A DNA stretch of 36,543 bases, from assembly GCA_041736175.1 (NCBI GenBank), contig JBGSUI010000180.1:1-36543 (forward strand), given 5' to 3'. The position numbers and the translations under genes are program-made. This DNA is from Oligoflexales bacterium. Lineage in GTDB: Bacteria; Bdellovibrionota_B; Oligoflexia; Oligoflexales; CAIYRB01. The notes under the pieces are model-generated. The model was not told the origin of the DNA. It made no database searches and saw only the letters and a program-made list of their open reading frames with translations. Of this stretch, positions 25,220-35,460 are shown piece by piece (position 1 is the stretch's first letter; the number at the start of each line of letters is the position of its first letter).

Positions 25220-26863
25220 ATGAAATATCTTTTGACGATAGCTGTTGTAGGTCTATCTTGGGCCTGTCATCCAAATGTGAGTCAACAAAGTGATGTTCAA
25301 GGGAACTTTATGGTCGGCAAAGACTATCTTTGGCCTAACGCCACAGCTGATGTTTGCTGGGAAAAAAATCTGCCGACCCAGGATTGGGACCGATTCGCAG
25401 AAATCAGACAAAAAGTAGCTGAAACTGTGACACAACAGTTTGCCTTGGCAGGGTTTACCTTTAAGGGTTGGGGCCAATGCGGACCCGGGTCCCGGGGTAT
25501 CAGAGTGGAATCCTGGATTCCTTCCATGCAGATAGCGCCGCTTGGAATAGTCAAATCTTTTGGGGCGCGGCTTGATGGGATCTCAAAAGGACTAGGATTT
25601 GTTGTAGAACTAGATAAGGAATACAAACAAAAGCACTGCCAAAACGAAGAAATCTGCATCATCGGGACGGCACTTCATGAGTTTGGTCATGGGGTGGGTC
25701 TCTTGCACGAGATGAATCGACCGGGCAGTCCCTGCCCAGAGGATCAAACGGGTGGATGGGGTGGTGGAGCCGACAGTTTTACATTACCCCAATACGATCC
25801 AGACTCTATCATGAACTATTGTGCCTTGCGTACCGGAAGTAAAATCGGCAGACAGCCTGAACTCTCTTTCACAGATATTGCGTTTGTTAAAGAACTTTAC
25901 ATGACGAAAGCTGTGTTGCCCGCAGAAGCAGCCTGCCAAGCGGATGGGTTTTCGTGGGTAGCTGGGGGACTCGGTGCCTGTTGCCACACGGGATCAAAGA
26001 CCATCACAGTCCAGAAGCCCTATAATCAGTGTACTCCCGATTTTGATCCTAATTTCGATACTGAGGTTCCTACGGCTGACCAACCTTCTCAGGGGATAGA
26101 GCGTTATTTAGTGGAATCAAAAGCCTTTATCACTGCTGAGCTGCCCTGGCAAGCTAAGCTAGGGACCTTTGCTTGTTGGAGCGGCGAGGTCAAGGGTAAG
26201 GAAGAAGGTAAGGGATTTCAGTTTGAACTGAAGCAGCCCGCGGATCCGGCCATTCAAAAATTTAGCTGTAATAATGCCACATTTTATAATGGAGCTGGAG
26301 TCGACTCATCAACGGAGGCGGTTATCTTTTCTCAACCTTTCGAAATCCCGGTCAACACCGAGGCTAAGTATCACCTTAGAGCCTCCGAGGGGATCCGAGC
26401 CCCCGTCGTCCAGGGAAAGGTTCAGTTGACTCCAGGGATGGCCGAAAAGCTAGCCGCAAGCGGTTTCCAGCAGCCTCCTCCCTTGGGGAGCCAGAGTCAA
26501 AACCAAGTGTCTTTCCAACAAATCATCAAAGTTGCCAACCTCGCAGGTGATGTTGAGGTCGTACAAAGTACGCTGGTCTGCGATATCGATGGTCAGCCCG
26601 TGACCGTCATAAGCGGCGCCAATCTCAATGAATACATCCAAGCAACCAAGCACAACACCATCAAAGCCCTTATTTATAACTTTCCGCTTATGAAGTCCGA
26701 GGCTCGCTGCAGTAAAATAACCCTTAAATTTAAGCGGATTTCTAATGATAAAGTCCTCGAAACAACCCTAAATTTGCGGACGCCATTGGTCCTCTCCCTG
26801 GCAAAACCACGTGAAACCCTCGAACTCTCTATGCCCTCATGTGTGCAGAAATTTATCCAGTGA
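25220..26863 (+). CDS. Astacin-like zinc metalloprotease lipoprotein
   Basis: SD GGAG before ATG 25220 (MKYLL...SWAC); HEFGHGVGLLHEMNRP and YDPDSIMNYC Met-turn; long C-terminal extension. Confidence 0.85.
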   Translation: MKYLLTIAVVGLSWACHPNVSQQSDVQGNFMVGKDYLWPNATADVCWEKNLPTQDWDRFAEIRQKVAETVTQQFALAGFTFKGWGQCGPGSRGIRVESWIPSMQIAPLGIVKSFGARLDGISKGLGFVVELDKEYKQKHCQNEEICIIGTALHEFGHGVGLLHEMNRPGSPCPEDQTGGWGGGADSFTLPQYDPDSIMNYCALRTGSKIGRQPELSFTDIAFVKELYMTKAVLPAEAACQADGFSWVAGGLGACCHTGSKTITVQKPYNQCTPDFDPNFDTEVPTADQPSQGIERYLVESKAFITAELPWQAKLGTFACWSGEVKGKEEGKGFQFELKQPADPAIQKFSCNNATFYNGAGVDSSTEAVIFSQPFEIPVNTEAKYHLRASEGIRAPVVQGKVQLTPGMAEKLAASGFQQPPPLGSQSQNQVSFQQIIKVANLAGDVEVVQSTLVCDIDGQPVTVISGANLNEYIQATKHNTIKALIYNFPLMKSEARCSKITLKFKRISNDKVLETTLNLRTPLVLSLAKPRETLELSMPSCVQKFIQ

Positions 26864-26897
26864 CTATGGTGTTTACAATAATCTGGGTCCTTTGCCT

Positions 26898-26925
26898 TAA
26901 AGTTATGGGGCAAATCTTCCGATAA
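26898..26925 (+). promoter_or_regulatory. Sigma28 (FliA)-type promoter
   Basis: TAAA(GTT)-N16-TCCGATAA versus consensus TAAA-N15/16-GCCGATAA, 55 nt before ATG 26980. Confidence 0.55.
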
Positions 26926-26979
26926 TATGCCGCGCTCCTAACCCGGCTCTGCCGGTTTACCTATGATTGGAGGTTTGTT

Positions 26980-28455
26980 ATGGCCAAGGATAAAGCTCTC
27001 TTGTCTTTGATAATGCTCATAAATTTGAGCCATTATGGATGTTCTGACTCAAAGTTTAAGGGACAAAATAATCGCGAGAAAGACCTCCCCGGGGACCCAC
27101 CCCTCACGGAGGCCACCAAAAACCATGACCCCAGTCCCTCTCCAGGAGCAGGAGAAGATAAGCCCAAGGAGTTTGTAGAGGGCAGTCCCATCGAGCGGCA
27201 CGAATTCAAACAGGCGGATTACCCCAGCATCACCCTGGAAAGGACCCAGGGAAAGAAAGGGACCCTAGTCACAGGTGCCTTTGACCAGGGGAGTTACGGA
27301 GCCCTGGATTTGCTGGTGGTGGTCGACAACTCTGGATCCATGGCCGAAGAACAGAAAAATCTGGCCCCCAAGCTCAGCTCCCTAGTCTCCCAGGTCGGGC
27401 GGGCGGACTGGAGGATTGCTGTGACGACCACCGACCCGGATGACCCCTGCCTGTTAGGGGTCATCGCTAAAGGGGACTCCGGCGCAGAAGCGGCCTTTAA
27501 CCAAATCATCATAGGGATCGGCACTAAGGGGACTGGCCTTGAACGGCCTTTCCTACGAGCAGCCCAGGCTTTGGCCTGCCCTGGGATGCCCGACTGGATG
27601 CGTCCAGGGTCAAAGCTTGCCATATTGATCGTGTCCGACGAGGACAACTGTCACAACGATGCTGCCACCGGCTACCAGTGCGCGACCGAGGACAAGTCTG
27701 CCGAGTATCTGTTGACGTCCGTTAGCAAACTCCGAGGCCTGGGTACCGATGCCCGGATTTACGGGATTATCAGCGAGCCCCAAGCCCCCTGTTCCAGTGC
27801 CCTCAAGACGGGGACCCTGATTGCCCAAGCCGTTGCAGCGTCGGGGGGGATTCTCGGGGATATCTGTGCTCAGGATTACAGTGGGGTTCTTTCCGAGATT
27901 TCTAATCACGTGAGCCAAATCCTTCAGCAGGACCTGACTCTTGATCGAGTCCCGTCTCCAGGCACCTTGGCCCTTGAGGTCAACGGAGTGCCCTGGGACC
28001 GCTACCAACTGGAAGGCCAGCGGATTAAGTTCACCGAACCGCCACCCTTTGGCTCGAAAGTCCAGGTGACTTATCGGTACGGAGTGGAAGGTGTCTTTAC
28101 CGATACAGTCAACCTCGAAAAACCACCTGTGGATGACACCCTATCTGTGGTCTTAGAAAACCAAGTCTTGCCAGGGGATCGCTATGTCTTTGACTCCTCT
28201 ACAGCGACGATCCAATTCAAAGAGGCACCTCCTGAGGGTGCGGTGGTGCGGGTGAGCTACCGGGGTAAAGCCCCGTTAGGGGAGCTTTTTTTTGTGGGAT
28301 CGGGCGAGATTGTTCCGGATTCCCTTAAGGTGACCGTGGACGACCAACCCCATGGCGGAGTTGCCTTTGATCCCACGTCCGGGGAGGTCAAAATCTCGCC
28401 GCCACCCGCACCCCAAGCTAAAGTGGTGGTGACCTTGAAGCGACTTAAATCCTAG
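26980..28455 (+). CDS. VWA-domain lipoprotein with C-terminal beta-rich repeats
   Basis: SD GGAGG; lipobox-like HYGC; MIDAS DLLVVVDNSGSMAEEQ, IAVTTTD and IVSDEDNC; three repeats ending PP.G..V.V.Y. Confidence 0.85.
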   Translation: MAKDKALLSLIMLINLSHYGCSDSKFKGQNNREKDLPGDPPLTEATKNHDPSPSPGAGEDKPKEFVEGSPIERHEFKQADYPSITLERTQGKKGTLVTGAFDQGSYGALDLLVVVDNSGSMAEEQKNLAPKLSSLVSQVGRADWRIAVTTTDPDDPCLLGVIAKGDSGAEAAFNQIIIGIGTKGTGLERPFLRAAQALACPGMPDWMRPGSKLAILIVSDEDNCHNDAATGYQCATEDKSAEYLLTSVSKLRGLGTDARIYGIISEPQAPCSSALKTGTLIAQAVAASGGILGDICAQDYSGVLSEISNHVSQILQQDLTLDRVPSPGTLALEVNGVPWDRYQLEGQRIKFTEPPPFGSKVQVTYRYGVEGVFTDTVNLEKPPVDDTLSVVLENQVLPGDRYVFDSSTATIQFKEAPPEGAVVRVSYRGKAPLGELFFVGSGEIVPDSLKVTVDDQPHGGVAFDPTSGEVKISPPPAPQAKVVVTLKRLKS

Positions 28456-28515
28456 GTCGAGGTTTAATCTGGCGGAATTGTCCCGTATAATAAAGGTCTA
28501 GGATAAGGAGCAAGG

Positions 28516-29877
28516 ATGCTATCTGGAATTGCCGATGCGGTTGTTTACTCGGAGCGCCCTGAGGTGGTGCGTCTTGTTGCTGATATCCTTAGGAAAAAGG
28601 GGGTGGCCAATCTGATCATCGCCGACACCCGCGAAGTCTGTCTCGACGGGCTCAAGCGGTTTGCCAAGGCTCTGTTGATCGTCGACTGGCTTTCTGGGGA
28701 CCGTAATGTGGTGGGTCTCCTCAGTGTCAATGGACGGCAGCCTTTGGGGAGACAGCGGCCTATCATGCTGATTGCAGAACAAGCCACAGCCCAGCTAGTC
28801 GCCATCTGTGCCGAGTACAGCGTGACCCAGATCTATACGGAGCCTTTGACCCCTAAAAACCTCAGCAGCCGGCTGACAGCCCTACTTATAGGGGAGTCGG
28901 CACCGGATGATGTCCGGCGGGTCCTTATGGAGGTCGGTGAAATGCGCACTTCGGGCAGCCTGTCCGACGGGGCGACCTTGATCAAACTGCAGCTTAAGAA
29001 ACACCCCAATAACCTCAAGCTAAAATGTGAACTCGCCGAACTCCTGTTGTCCCTTGGCCACACGGAGGAGGCCCTGACCCACCTTAAGGGGATGGAGCAT
29101 ACGAGCCCCCTTTATCTGAGGGGCATTCATCTATTAGGGCGGGCGCTCCTCAGGCTTGGCCAGGCGGAAGCAGCCCACCGGGTGATGTCTATGGCCCAAC
29201 TCTTTAATGAGCAGGATCCCGACCGACTTGTGGATATCGGCCAAGCTCTCTTAAGTCTCGACCGATTTAAGGAGGCCCGTAAGAGTTTCGACGGGGCTCT
29301 CGCCGTAGAGCCTAACCATAAAGGCGCTAAAGTAGGCAAAGGCCAATCCCTCCTGATGGATGGAGCGGTGAATGAGGCCTTGACCGTGCTTAAGGAGTCT
29401 TCTACGGAGCTGGAACTCGCCTCGATCTTTAACACCTGTGCCGTCATGAATATGCGTAAGGGTCGTCATCAGGTAGGGATGAACCTCTATCAATCAGCCC
29501 TGGTGGCTGTGGGTAGCAGCCCAAAACTCAAATCTCGCCTTTACTTTAATATGGGGCTCGGATACCGCCGCTGGGGCAAAAAAGACAAGGCGATCGATTC
29601 CATGGAAAAAGCGCGGGCCTTGGATCCTGCTTTTAAAAAGATCGACCAACAACTCCGCGAGATCCGCGGTGGCGACAAAAAGTCGCCTGAGACCGTGGTT
29701 CCAAATGTGGAGATTATCGAAGATCATCAGGGTTATGCCGAAGTGACGAGCGATTTTTCGGATACTATGGATTTTGCGACTGATTTTAGCAAGCTTATGG
29801 ACGGAGACTTGGAAGAGACCCTGTTTTCTAAGCCTACACAGGGCGACTCCAAAAAGAAGACCCCCACATCTGCCTAG
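28516..29877 (+). CDS. Atypical receiver domain plus TPR repeat protein
   Basis: SD AAGGAG; receiver-like N-terminus (LLIVDW, PIMLI); multiple TPR helices (e.g. LYFNMGLGYRRWG...A...KA..LDP.F). Confidence 0.75.
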   Translation: MLSGIADAVVYSERPEVVRLVADILRKKGVANLIIADTREVCLDGLKRFAKALLIVDWLSGDRNVVGLLSVNGRQPLGRQRPIMLIAEQATAQLVAICAEYSVTQIYTEPLTPKNLSSRLTALLIGESAPDDVRRVLMEVGEMRTSGSLSDGATLIKLQLKKHPNNLKLKCELAELLLSLGHTEEALTHLKGMEHTSPLYLRGIHLLGRALLRLGQAEAAHRVMSMAQLFNEQDPDRLVDIGQALLSLDRFKEARKSFDGALAVEPNHKGAKVGKGQSLLMDGAVNEALTVLKESSTELELASIFNTCAVMNMRKGRHQVGMNLYQSALVAVGSSPKLKSRLYFNMGLGYRRWGKKDKAIDSMEKARALDPAFKKIDQQLREIRGGDKKSPETVVPNVEIIEDHQGYAEVTSDFSDTMDFATDFSKLMDGDLEETLFSKPTQGDSKKKTPTSA

Positions 29878-30159
29878 GAATGGCTTAGGGAGCTATTAAA
29901 AAAACTTTAATTTGTATTAATCTTTGCTATAGGCTCTCTTTGGGTGAAGTGTTATATAAAGATTGCGCGGTGCTGTTGGCAGAACTCTAAAGCTTCCTGG
30001 AAAACACTTGCCATTCATGCCAAAGGACTTGCCTAACCCGAGTCTGACCGTATTGGTCCAGATTGGCCTAGATTGATCCATGACGGAAAGCCAAGCCACT
30101 GGAGTGCGTGATTGGCCCAGTGGTATTAAGATTTTTATATTTTTTTATGGAGGCTACCT

Positions 30160-31428
30160 ATGACTTACCTGATCTCGAGGGTTTCCGGCCTTTTGGTTCC
30201 GTTGCCAGTTTTGTTGACGATTTCGTTGGCCATCCTCTTACGGCCCCTGGCGGTCCAAGCAGCGGCTCCCGCCGCTCCCTCGTCTCCAGTGGAACTGGTC
30301 CTTTGGGAACACGAATACGATGAAATCCAAAAATCTCTGGATCTGATTTTTCGTGACTTCGAAAAAGCCAACCCAGGTATTAAGATCAAAAGATCCCACT
30401 TTAAAACCGAAGATCTCCGAACCCAATTTCAAACCGCAGCCCTGGGCGGCGGCGGAGCCGACCTGGTCTTGGCTCCTAATGACTTTGCCGGCGGTTTTTC
30501 CATTATGGGGATCATCCAGCCGGTCAACGACTGGGTGCAGCCGGACCGCTTTAATGCCGAGGTGACCAAGGCAGTCACTGACCCCCAACAAAAAATCTGG
30601 GGTATGCCCCTTTCTCGGGGAAACCACCTCCTGCTCTTAGTCAACAAAAAGCTGGTTCCCAAGGCCCCTGAAACCATTGAAGAGCTCGTCAAAGTCGCAG
30701 GATCTCTGACCAAGAGCGATAAGGGAACCTACGGATTGGCTTATAACCTCAACGAGCCCTATTGGTTTGTGACGTTTTTAGGTGCTTTCGGGGAAAGCCT
30801 TTTTGTGAACGGGCAGCCTAAGCTCGACTCTCAAGGTATGATCGATGCCTTGACCTTAGTGCAAAACTTTAAGATCAAAGACAAGATCATCCCCACCGAC
30901 TGTGACTATACCTGTGCCGATACGCTCTTTATGGATGGCAAAGTCGCCATGATCATCAACGGAGACTGGGAGCTGGACCGCTACCGTAAAAACCTAGGGG
31001 ACCAACTTATCGTCGCTCCCCTTCCAAGGATGGGGGCCACGGGCAAACCCATGGTTCCTTATGTTTCTGGAAAATACCTGTTCCTGAACGCTAAGCTCAA
31101 GGGCCCAAGGCTCGACGCCGCTAAAAAATTCACCGAGTTTATGGTTAGTCCTGAAGGCCAGGAGAAACTCACCAAAGCAACCCGCCGGCTTCCCGCCCTT
31201 AAATCCATGGATCAAAACCCCGTCGTCTCAGGAGACCCTGTCCTCCAAGCTTCGATGCTCGGCCTTGTCCATGGCCAACCCATGCCCATGGGCATCGAAC
31301 TACGGGCCGTGTGGGACGCCATCCGCCCCCAGCTACAGGGTGTGATGGCAGGTCGTACCCAGCCTAAAGACGCTGTGGTGATCATGCAAAAGGACGCTCT
31401 GGTTAAGATTAAAGAACTCAAAATGTAA
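30160..31428 (+). CDS. malE: Maltose/maltodextrin-type ABC transporter substrate-binding protein
   Basis: SD GGAGG; signal peptide; ADLVLAPND, NKKLVPKAPET.EEL, GKVAMIINGDW and MP...E..AVW. Confidence 0.85.
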   Translation: MTYLISRVSGLLVPLPVLLTISLAILLRPLAVQAAAPAAPSSPVELVLWEHEYDEIQKSLDLIFRDFEKANPGIKIKRSHFKTEDLRTQFQTAALGGGGADLVLAPNDFAGGFSIMGIIQPVNDWVQPDRFNAEVTKAVTDPQQKIWGMPLSRGNHLLLLVNKKLVPKAPETIEELVKVAGSLTKSDKGTYGLAYNLNEPYWFVTFLGAFGESLFVNGQPKLDSQGMIDALTLVQNFKIKDKIIPTDCDYTCADTLFMDGKVAMIINGDWELDRYRKNLGDQLIVAPLPRMGATGKPMVPYVSGKYLFLNAKLKGPRLDAAKKFTEFMVSPEGQEKLTKATRRLPALKSMDQNPVVSGDPVLQASMLGLVHGQPMPMGIELRAVWDAIRPQLQGVMAGRTQPKDAVVIMQKDALVKIKELKM

Positions 31429-31457
31429 CGCTTTCATCATGTTTCGTTGAGGTTTTT

Positions 31458-32684
31458 GTGGATTCTTTGGCTGCAGTCACACAGGTCGGGCTTCTCCTTG
31501 CTTTTACAGCAGCAGTGATTGCTGCGGTCGAGGTCGCCCTCTTTGTCTTTATCTACCGGTACCAATCGCGGTTTTACTGGCCTCTTGTCCTGGGGATGGC
31601 TTTACCCCTTGCCTATGGTGCGGCGAAGGTTTTTGGCAAGGGTGCGGTGGCTGCCCCAGACGATCTGTCTGTGGTGGCGGACCCCACTTTTTGGGAGTCC
31701 CTGAGTCTAACTTGGGGTGGCGGTACTTTTCTGGGGGTTTTGGGCGCAGGCTTGTTTTTTAAGACGACCATTAAAGGGCGGTATGGTGTTCCGGCGATGA
31801 TGATCGCCCCCGCGATGCTCTTTGTCTCGCTGCTCGTTGTGTTTCCTTTTTTCTTCGAGCTGCGGTTGGCGTTTGCCAATCTCAATCTCTACTCCATCGG
31901 CCGCTGGATCCAGGGGGAGCCTCTTGGATTTGTTGGCATCGACAACTTTATCAATGTGTTTACCTCCTCGCCCCTCCAGACTGCGACCTTTTGGGAGCTG
32001 TTTCTCCGGACGATTCTGTGGACGTTTATCAATATCAGCTTTCACGTGGCCTTTGGCTTGGGCCTGGCCCTGCTGCTTAATCGTCCTATCCGTGGCCGCG
32101 CTATCTACCGCACCCTTTTGATCGTACCTTGGGCGATTCCCCAGGTGGTCGCTGTCTTAGCATGGCGGGGCGAATTTCATCCCCAGTTTGGGATGGTCAA
32201 CCAAGTCCTCAATATGTTTGGTGTCAGCTCTGTCAATTGGTGGTCCGATCCGGTGCCCATTTTTATCTCCTGTTGCATCGTCAATATTTGGTTAGGCATC
32301 CCTTTTATGATGATCGTTTTCTTAGGGGGATTGCAGTCCATTCCTAAGACTCTTTATGAAGCTGCTGAGATCGATGGAGCGAGTATCATCAAGCAGTTTT
32401 TAGAAGTCACGGTTCCCATGCTCAAGCCGGTGGTGATCCCCAGTGTGACATTGGGCACGATTTGGACTTTTAACAATATCAACGTGATTTACTTGATGAC
32501 GGGACAAGACGGTGGCAACGAGTCTGCCGATATTTTGGTGTCCGCACTCTACAAAAGTGCCTTTACATACTCTCGCTATAGCTATTCGGCAGCCTTTGCC
32601 CTGGTGATTTTTGGGATCCTGATGGGGCTGACGATGATGTGGATGCGAGTTTCTGGGGGGACTTCCCGTGGAGTTGCCAAGTAG
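31458..32684 (+). CDS. malF: Carbohydrate ABC transporter permease (MalF-like)
   Basis: Multiple TM helices; YRTLLIVPWAIP; EAA motif LQSIPKTLYEAAEIDGAS. Confidence 0.88.
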   Translation: MDSLAAVTQVGLLLAFTAAVIAAVEVALFVFIYRYQSRFYWPLVLGMALPLAYGAAKVFGKGAVAAPDDLSVVADPTFWESLSLTWGGGTFLGVLGAGLFFKTTIKGRYGVPAMMIAPAMLFVSLLVVFPFFFELRLAFANLNLYSIGRWIQGEPLGFVGIDNFINVFTSSPLQTATFWELFLRTILWTFINISFHVAFGLGLALLLNRPIRGRAIYRTLLIVPWAIPQVVAVLAWRGEFHPQFGMVNQVLNMFGVSSVNWWSDPVPIFISCCIVNIWLGIPFMMIVFLGGLQSIPKTLYEAAEIDGASIIKQFLEVTVPMLKPVVIPSVTLGTIWTFNNINVIYLMTGQDGGNESADILVSALYKSAFTYSRYSYSAAFALVIFGILMGLTMMWMRVSGGTSRGVAK

Positions 32685-32722
32685 TTGTTAAACATTAAAG
32701 TATTTATTTGGAATGATGCCGT

Positions 32723-33541
32723 ATGAAGAAAAATTGGTGGGTCCATGGGATCTTGTGGGTGGCTTGTTTTATGAGTGTGCTGCCCGTATTGCGGGTGATC
32801 GCCGTATCCATAAGGCCCGGAGATCGGCTGTTTACAACAGAGTTTGAGTTGATTCCAAAGGTCACAACCTGGAGTAACTACACGGAGGTCTTTACCCAAA
32901 CCGGGTTTTTTTCCTGGCTTGGCAATTCGCTCCTGATCACCATCATGACTGCGATGATTGGGGTCATTCTCTCGGCCACGGCGGCCTATGGGATTAGTCG
33001 GTATAAATTTCCAACCAGATCTGCACTTCTTGTCCTCCTGATGGGAACCCAAATGATCCCCGTCGTTGTGCTGCTCTTGCCCCTTTATTTTATTTTGCGC
33101 CGGCTTAATCTTATCGACACCTACTCCGGGGTGATTGTGGCCTATAGTGTGACCACACTGCCCTTTTGTATCTGGCTGCTTAAGGGTTATTTTGACACGG
33201 TCCCCAGGTCCCTCGAAGAGGCCGCCCAGGTGGACGGACTTACGGTGGTGGGCAGCTTTTGGCGGGTGGTCCTCCCTCTCTCGACACCTTCGCTGGCAAT
33301 CGCAGGGCTCTTTAGCATCACCCAGGCTTGGAACGAGTATATCGTCGCCAGGGTGATCCTCCAGAGTTCGGAAAAGTACACCTGGCCCTTGGGACTTTTT
33401 GAATTGCAGGGCGACTTTAGCTCTCGCTGGGGCCTTTTTGCCGCAGCGAGTGTGAGCGTGTCGATTCCCGTGATGATTGTCTTTCTCTATTCGTCAAAAT
33501 GGCTCTTAACAGGACTTACGGTGGGCAGTGTTAAAGGCTAA
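32723..33541 (+). CDS. malG: Carbohydrate ABC transporter permease (MalG-like)
   Basis: KGYFDTVPRSLEEAAQVDG EAA motif; C-terminal GLTVGSVKG. Confidence 0.9.
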   Translation: MKKNWWVHGILWVACFMSVLPVLRVIAVSIRPGDRLFTTEFELIPKVTTWSNYTEVFTQTGFFSWLGNSLLITIMTAMIGVILSATAAYGISRYKFPTRSALLVLLMGTQMIPVVVLLLPLYFILRRLNLIDTYSGVIVAYSVTTLPFCIWLLKGYFDTVPRSLEEAAQVDGLTVVGSFWRVVLPLSTPSLAIAGLFSITQAWNEYIVARVILQSSEKYTWPLGLFELQGDFSSRWGLFAAASVSVSIPVMIVFLYSSKWLLTGLTVGSVKG

Positions 33542-33598
33542 GGGGCCGAATAAACTCTCGCGACCCAACTAAAGATTAAGGAAAACTAAGGATCACCC

Positions 33599-34717
33599 AT
33601 GTCTGAACTTACCATAACCAACATCGTCAAGTCCTATGGCCACAAAAACGTCCTCAACGACATCAGCTTTCAAGCCAAAGAAGGTGAGTTTCTAGTCCTT
33701 GTAGGGCCCTCAGGCTGCGGCAAGTCGACTCTGCTGCGCTCGGTGGCGGGGCTTGAAACGGTGACCAGCGGGTCGATCAGGATCGGCTCTAAAGAAGTGA
33801 TCGGGCTCGCGCCAAAAGACCGAGATATAGCGATGGTTTTTCAGGACTATGCCCTCTATCCCCATAAATCCGTCTACGAAAATATTGCTTTTGGTCTGCG
33901 TATCCGGCGGATGCCCGAAGCCGAAATCGATCGGAGAGTCCAGGAAGCCGCTGGAAAACTCGACCTGATCCCCTTTTTAAACCGCAAACCCTCGGCCCTT
34001 TCCGGCGGACAAAGGCAGCGGGTGGCGATCGGCCGGGCGATTGTGCGGGACCCTAAACTATTTTTGTTTGACGAACCCCTTTCCAATCTAGACGCAAAGC
34101 TACGGGGCAGTATGCGGATCTCCCTCGCTAAGCTTCATAAAGAACTCAACGCCACCAGCCTCTACGTCACCCACGACCAAGTAGAAGCCATGACTCTTGC
34201 CGATCGCATTGTCGTCTTAGACAGTGGCAAGATCCAGCAGATTGGTAAACCCCTCGAGCTTTACTACCGGCCAAGCAACGTTTTTGTAGCTACCTTTATC
34301 GGGTCCCCAGGGATGAATCTTATCGATGGTCGGCTCGAAGATCGTGGGACCCAGATGTATTTTAGGACCCATAAAGGTCTCCTTGTGGAGGTCCCGACGG
34401 ATTGGCACCAAGCTTTACGGGCCAAGCCCCTTACGGGCAAGGACTTGATTTGGGGACTACGCCCTGAAAACTTCCGCCTGGCTCAAGAGCCAGTGGACGC
34501 GGCAGAAAAAGACCGGGTGTTTGATGCCACCACGGTCGTGACCGAGCTGCTTGGCCCCACGTCGTCGGTCCTTGTGGATATCCATGGCCATGAGATTTAT
34601 GTGAGTCTACCAGCGCCCCATCGTCCGACCCGGGGAACCCGGCTTAAGCTCCATTTCAAATCCAAGCATTTTTATATGTTTGATAAGGCCACATCCCTTG
34701 CAGTGATTGCGACTTAA
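33599..34717 (+). CDS. malK: Carbohydrate ABC transporter ATP-binding protein (MalK/UgpC family)
   Basis: GPSGCGKST, MVFQDYALYPH, LSGGQRQR, FLFDEPLSNLDAK, YVTHDQVEAM and FIGSP. Confidence 0.95.
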   Translation: MSELTITNIVKSYGHKNVLNDISFQAKEGEFLVLVGPSGCGKSTLLRSVAGLETVTSGSIRIGSKEVIGLAPKDRDIAMVFQDYALYPHKSVYENIAFGLRIRRMPEAEIDRRVQEAAGKLDLIPFLNRKPSALSGGQRQRVAIGRAIVRDPKLFLFDEPLSNLDAKLRGSMRISLAKLHKELNATSLYVTHDQVEAMTLADRIVVLDSGKIQQIGKPLELYYRPSNVFVATFIGSPGMNLIDGRLEDRGTQMYFRTHKGLLVEVPTDWHQALRAKPLTGKDLIWGLRPENFRLAQEPVDAAEKDRVFDATTVVTELLGPTSSVLVDIHGHEIYVSLPAPHRPTRGTRLKLHFKSKHFYMFDKATSLAVIAT

Positions 34718-34718
34718 T

Positions 34719-35456
34719 ATGGGACAAGACGCCTGGTCCAAGGTTTTTGATCATACCCTCCTGAGACCCGATGCAACCGAGGCCAAGATCGCCCAGCTGG
34801 TCAAAGAGGGCGTGGCTTGGGGTTTTTGGAGTGTGTGTATCCACCCCGTCTGGGTTTCCTTTGCCGCAGAATGCCTAAAACAGGAATCTGCGGGAGTCCT
34901 GGGGACCAGTCAGGATTCCCCTCCTATGCCGGTGCTATGCAGTGTGGTGGGTTTTCCTAGCGGAGCCCATAGGACGGAGACTAAGGTCCAAGAGGCTTTA
35001 CTAGCCATCAAACAGGGAGCCTCCGAAATCGATATGGTGCTTTCCTTAGGTCACTATCTGTCGGAATCCACCCGTGCCCGCAGTCTCGCCAGGGAGGATC
35101 TACTGGCTGTGGTCGCAGCCTGTCGAGGTCACGGGGTCGGGGTTAAGTTGATTTTTGAAACGGGATATTTGGTACCGGACCAAATCAATCAGCTTTGTGA
35201 TTGGAGTGTGGAAGCTGGGGCTGCCTTTGTAAAGACGTCGACAGGGTTTGGTCCCCGAGGGGCATCCCTTGAGGATATCCATCTTATGGCCCATAGGGTC
35301 CAAGGCACAGGGACCCAAGTCAAAGCCTCGGGCGGTATCAAAGACTACCAGACGGCAAGGATGCTTTATGATGCGGGAGCCCAGCGGATTGGCTCGAGCC
35401 AATCCGTAGCGATCCTCCAAGAGCGGGCTCAGTTGTCCCCCTTTTCTTCCCTATAG
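34719..35456 (+). CDS. deoC: Deoxyribose-phosphate aldolase
   Basis: DHTLLRP, SVVGFPSG, GASEIDMV, VKLIFETG, FVKTSTGF, VKASGGI and RIGSS; ATG 34719 is one nt after the malK stop. Confidence 0.95.
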   Translation: MGQDAWSKVFDHTLLRPDATEAKIAQLVKEGVAWGFWSVCIHPVWVSFAAECLKQESAGVLGTSQDSPPMPVLCSVVGFPSGAHRTETKVQEALLAIKQGASEIDMVLSLGHYLSESTRARSLAREDLLAVVAACRGHGVGVKLIFETGYLVPDQINQLCDWSVEAGAAFVKTSTGFGPRGASLEDIHLMAHRVQGTGTQVKASGGIKDYQTARMLYDAGAQRIGSSQSVAILQERAQLSPFSSL

Positions 35457-35460
35457 GCAG

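Noticed and set aside
29878..30159. Possible riboswitch or ncRNA in the long malE leader (CCACTGG...CCAGTGG stem)
   Set aside because: No recognisable aptamer consensus; a single 7-bp stem is insufficient.
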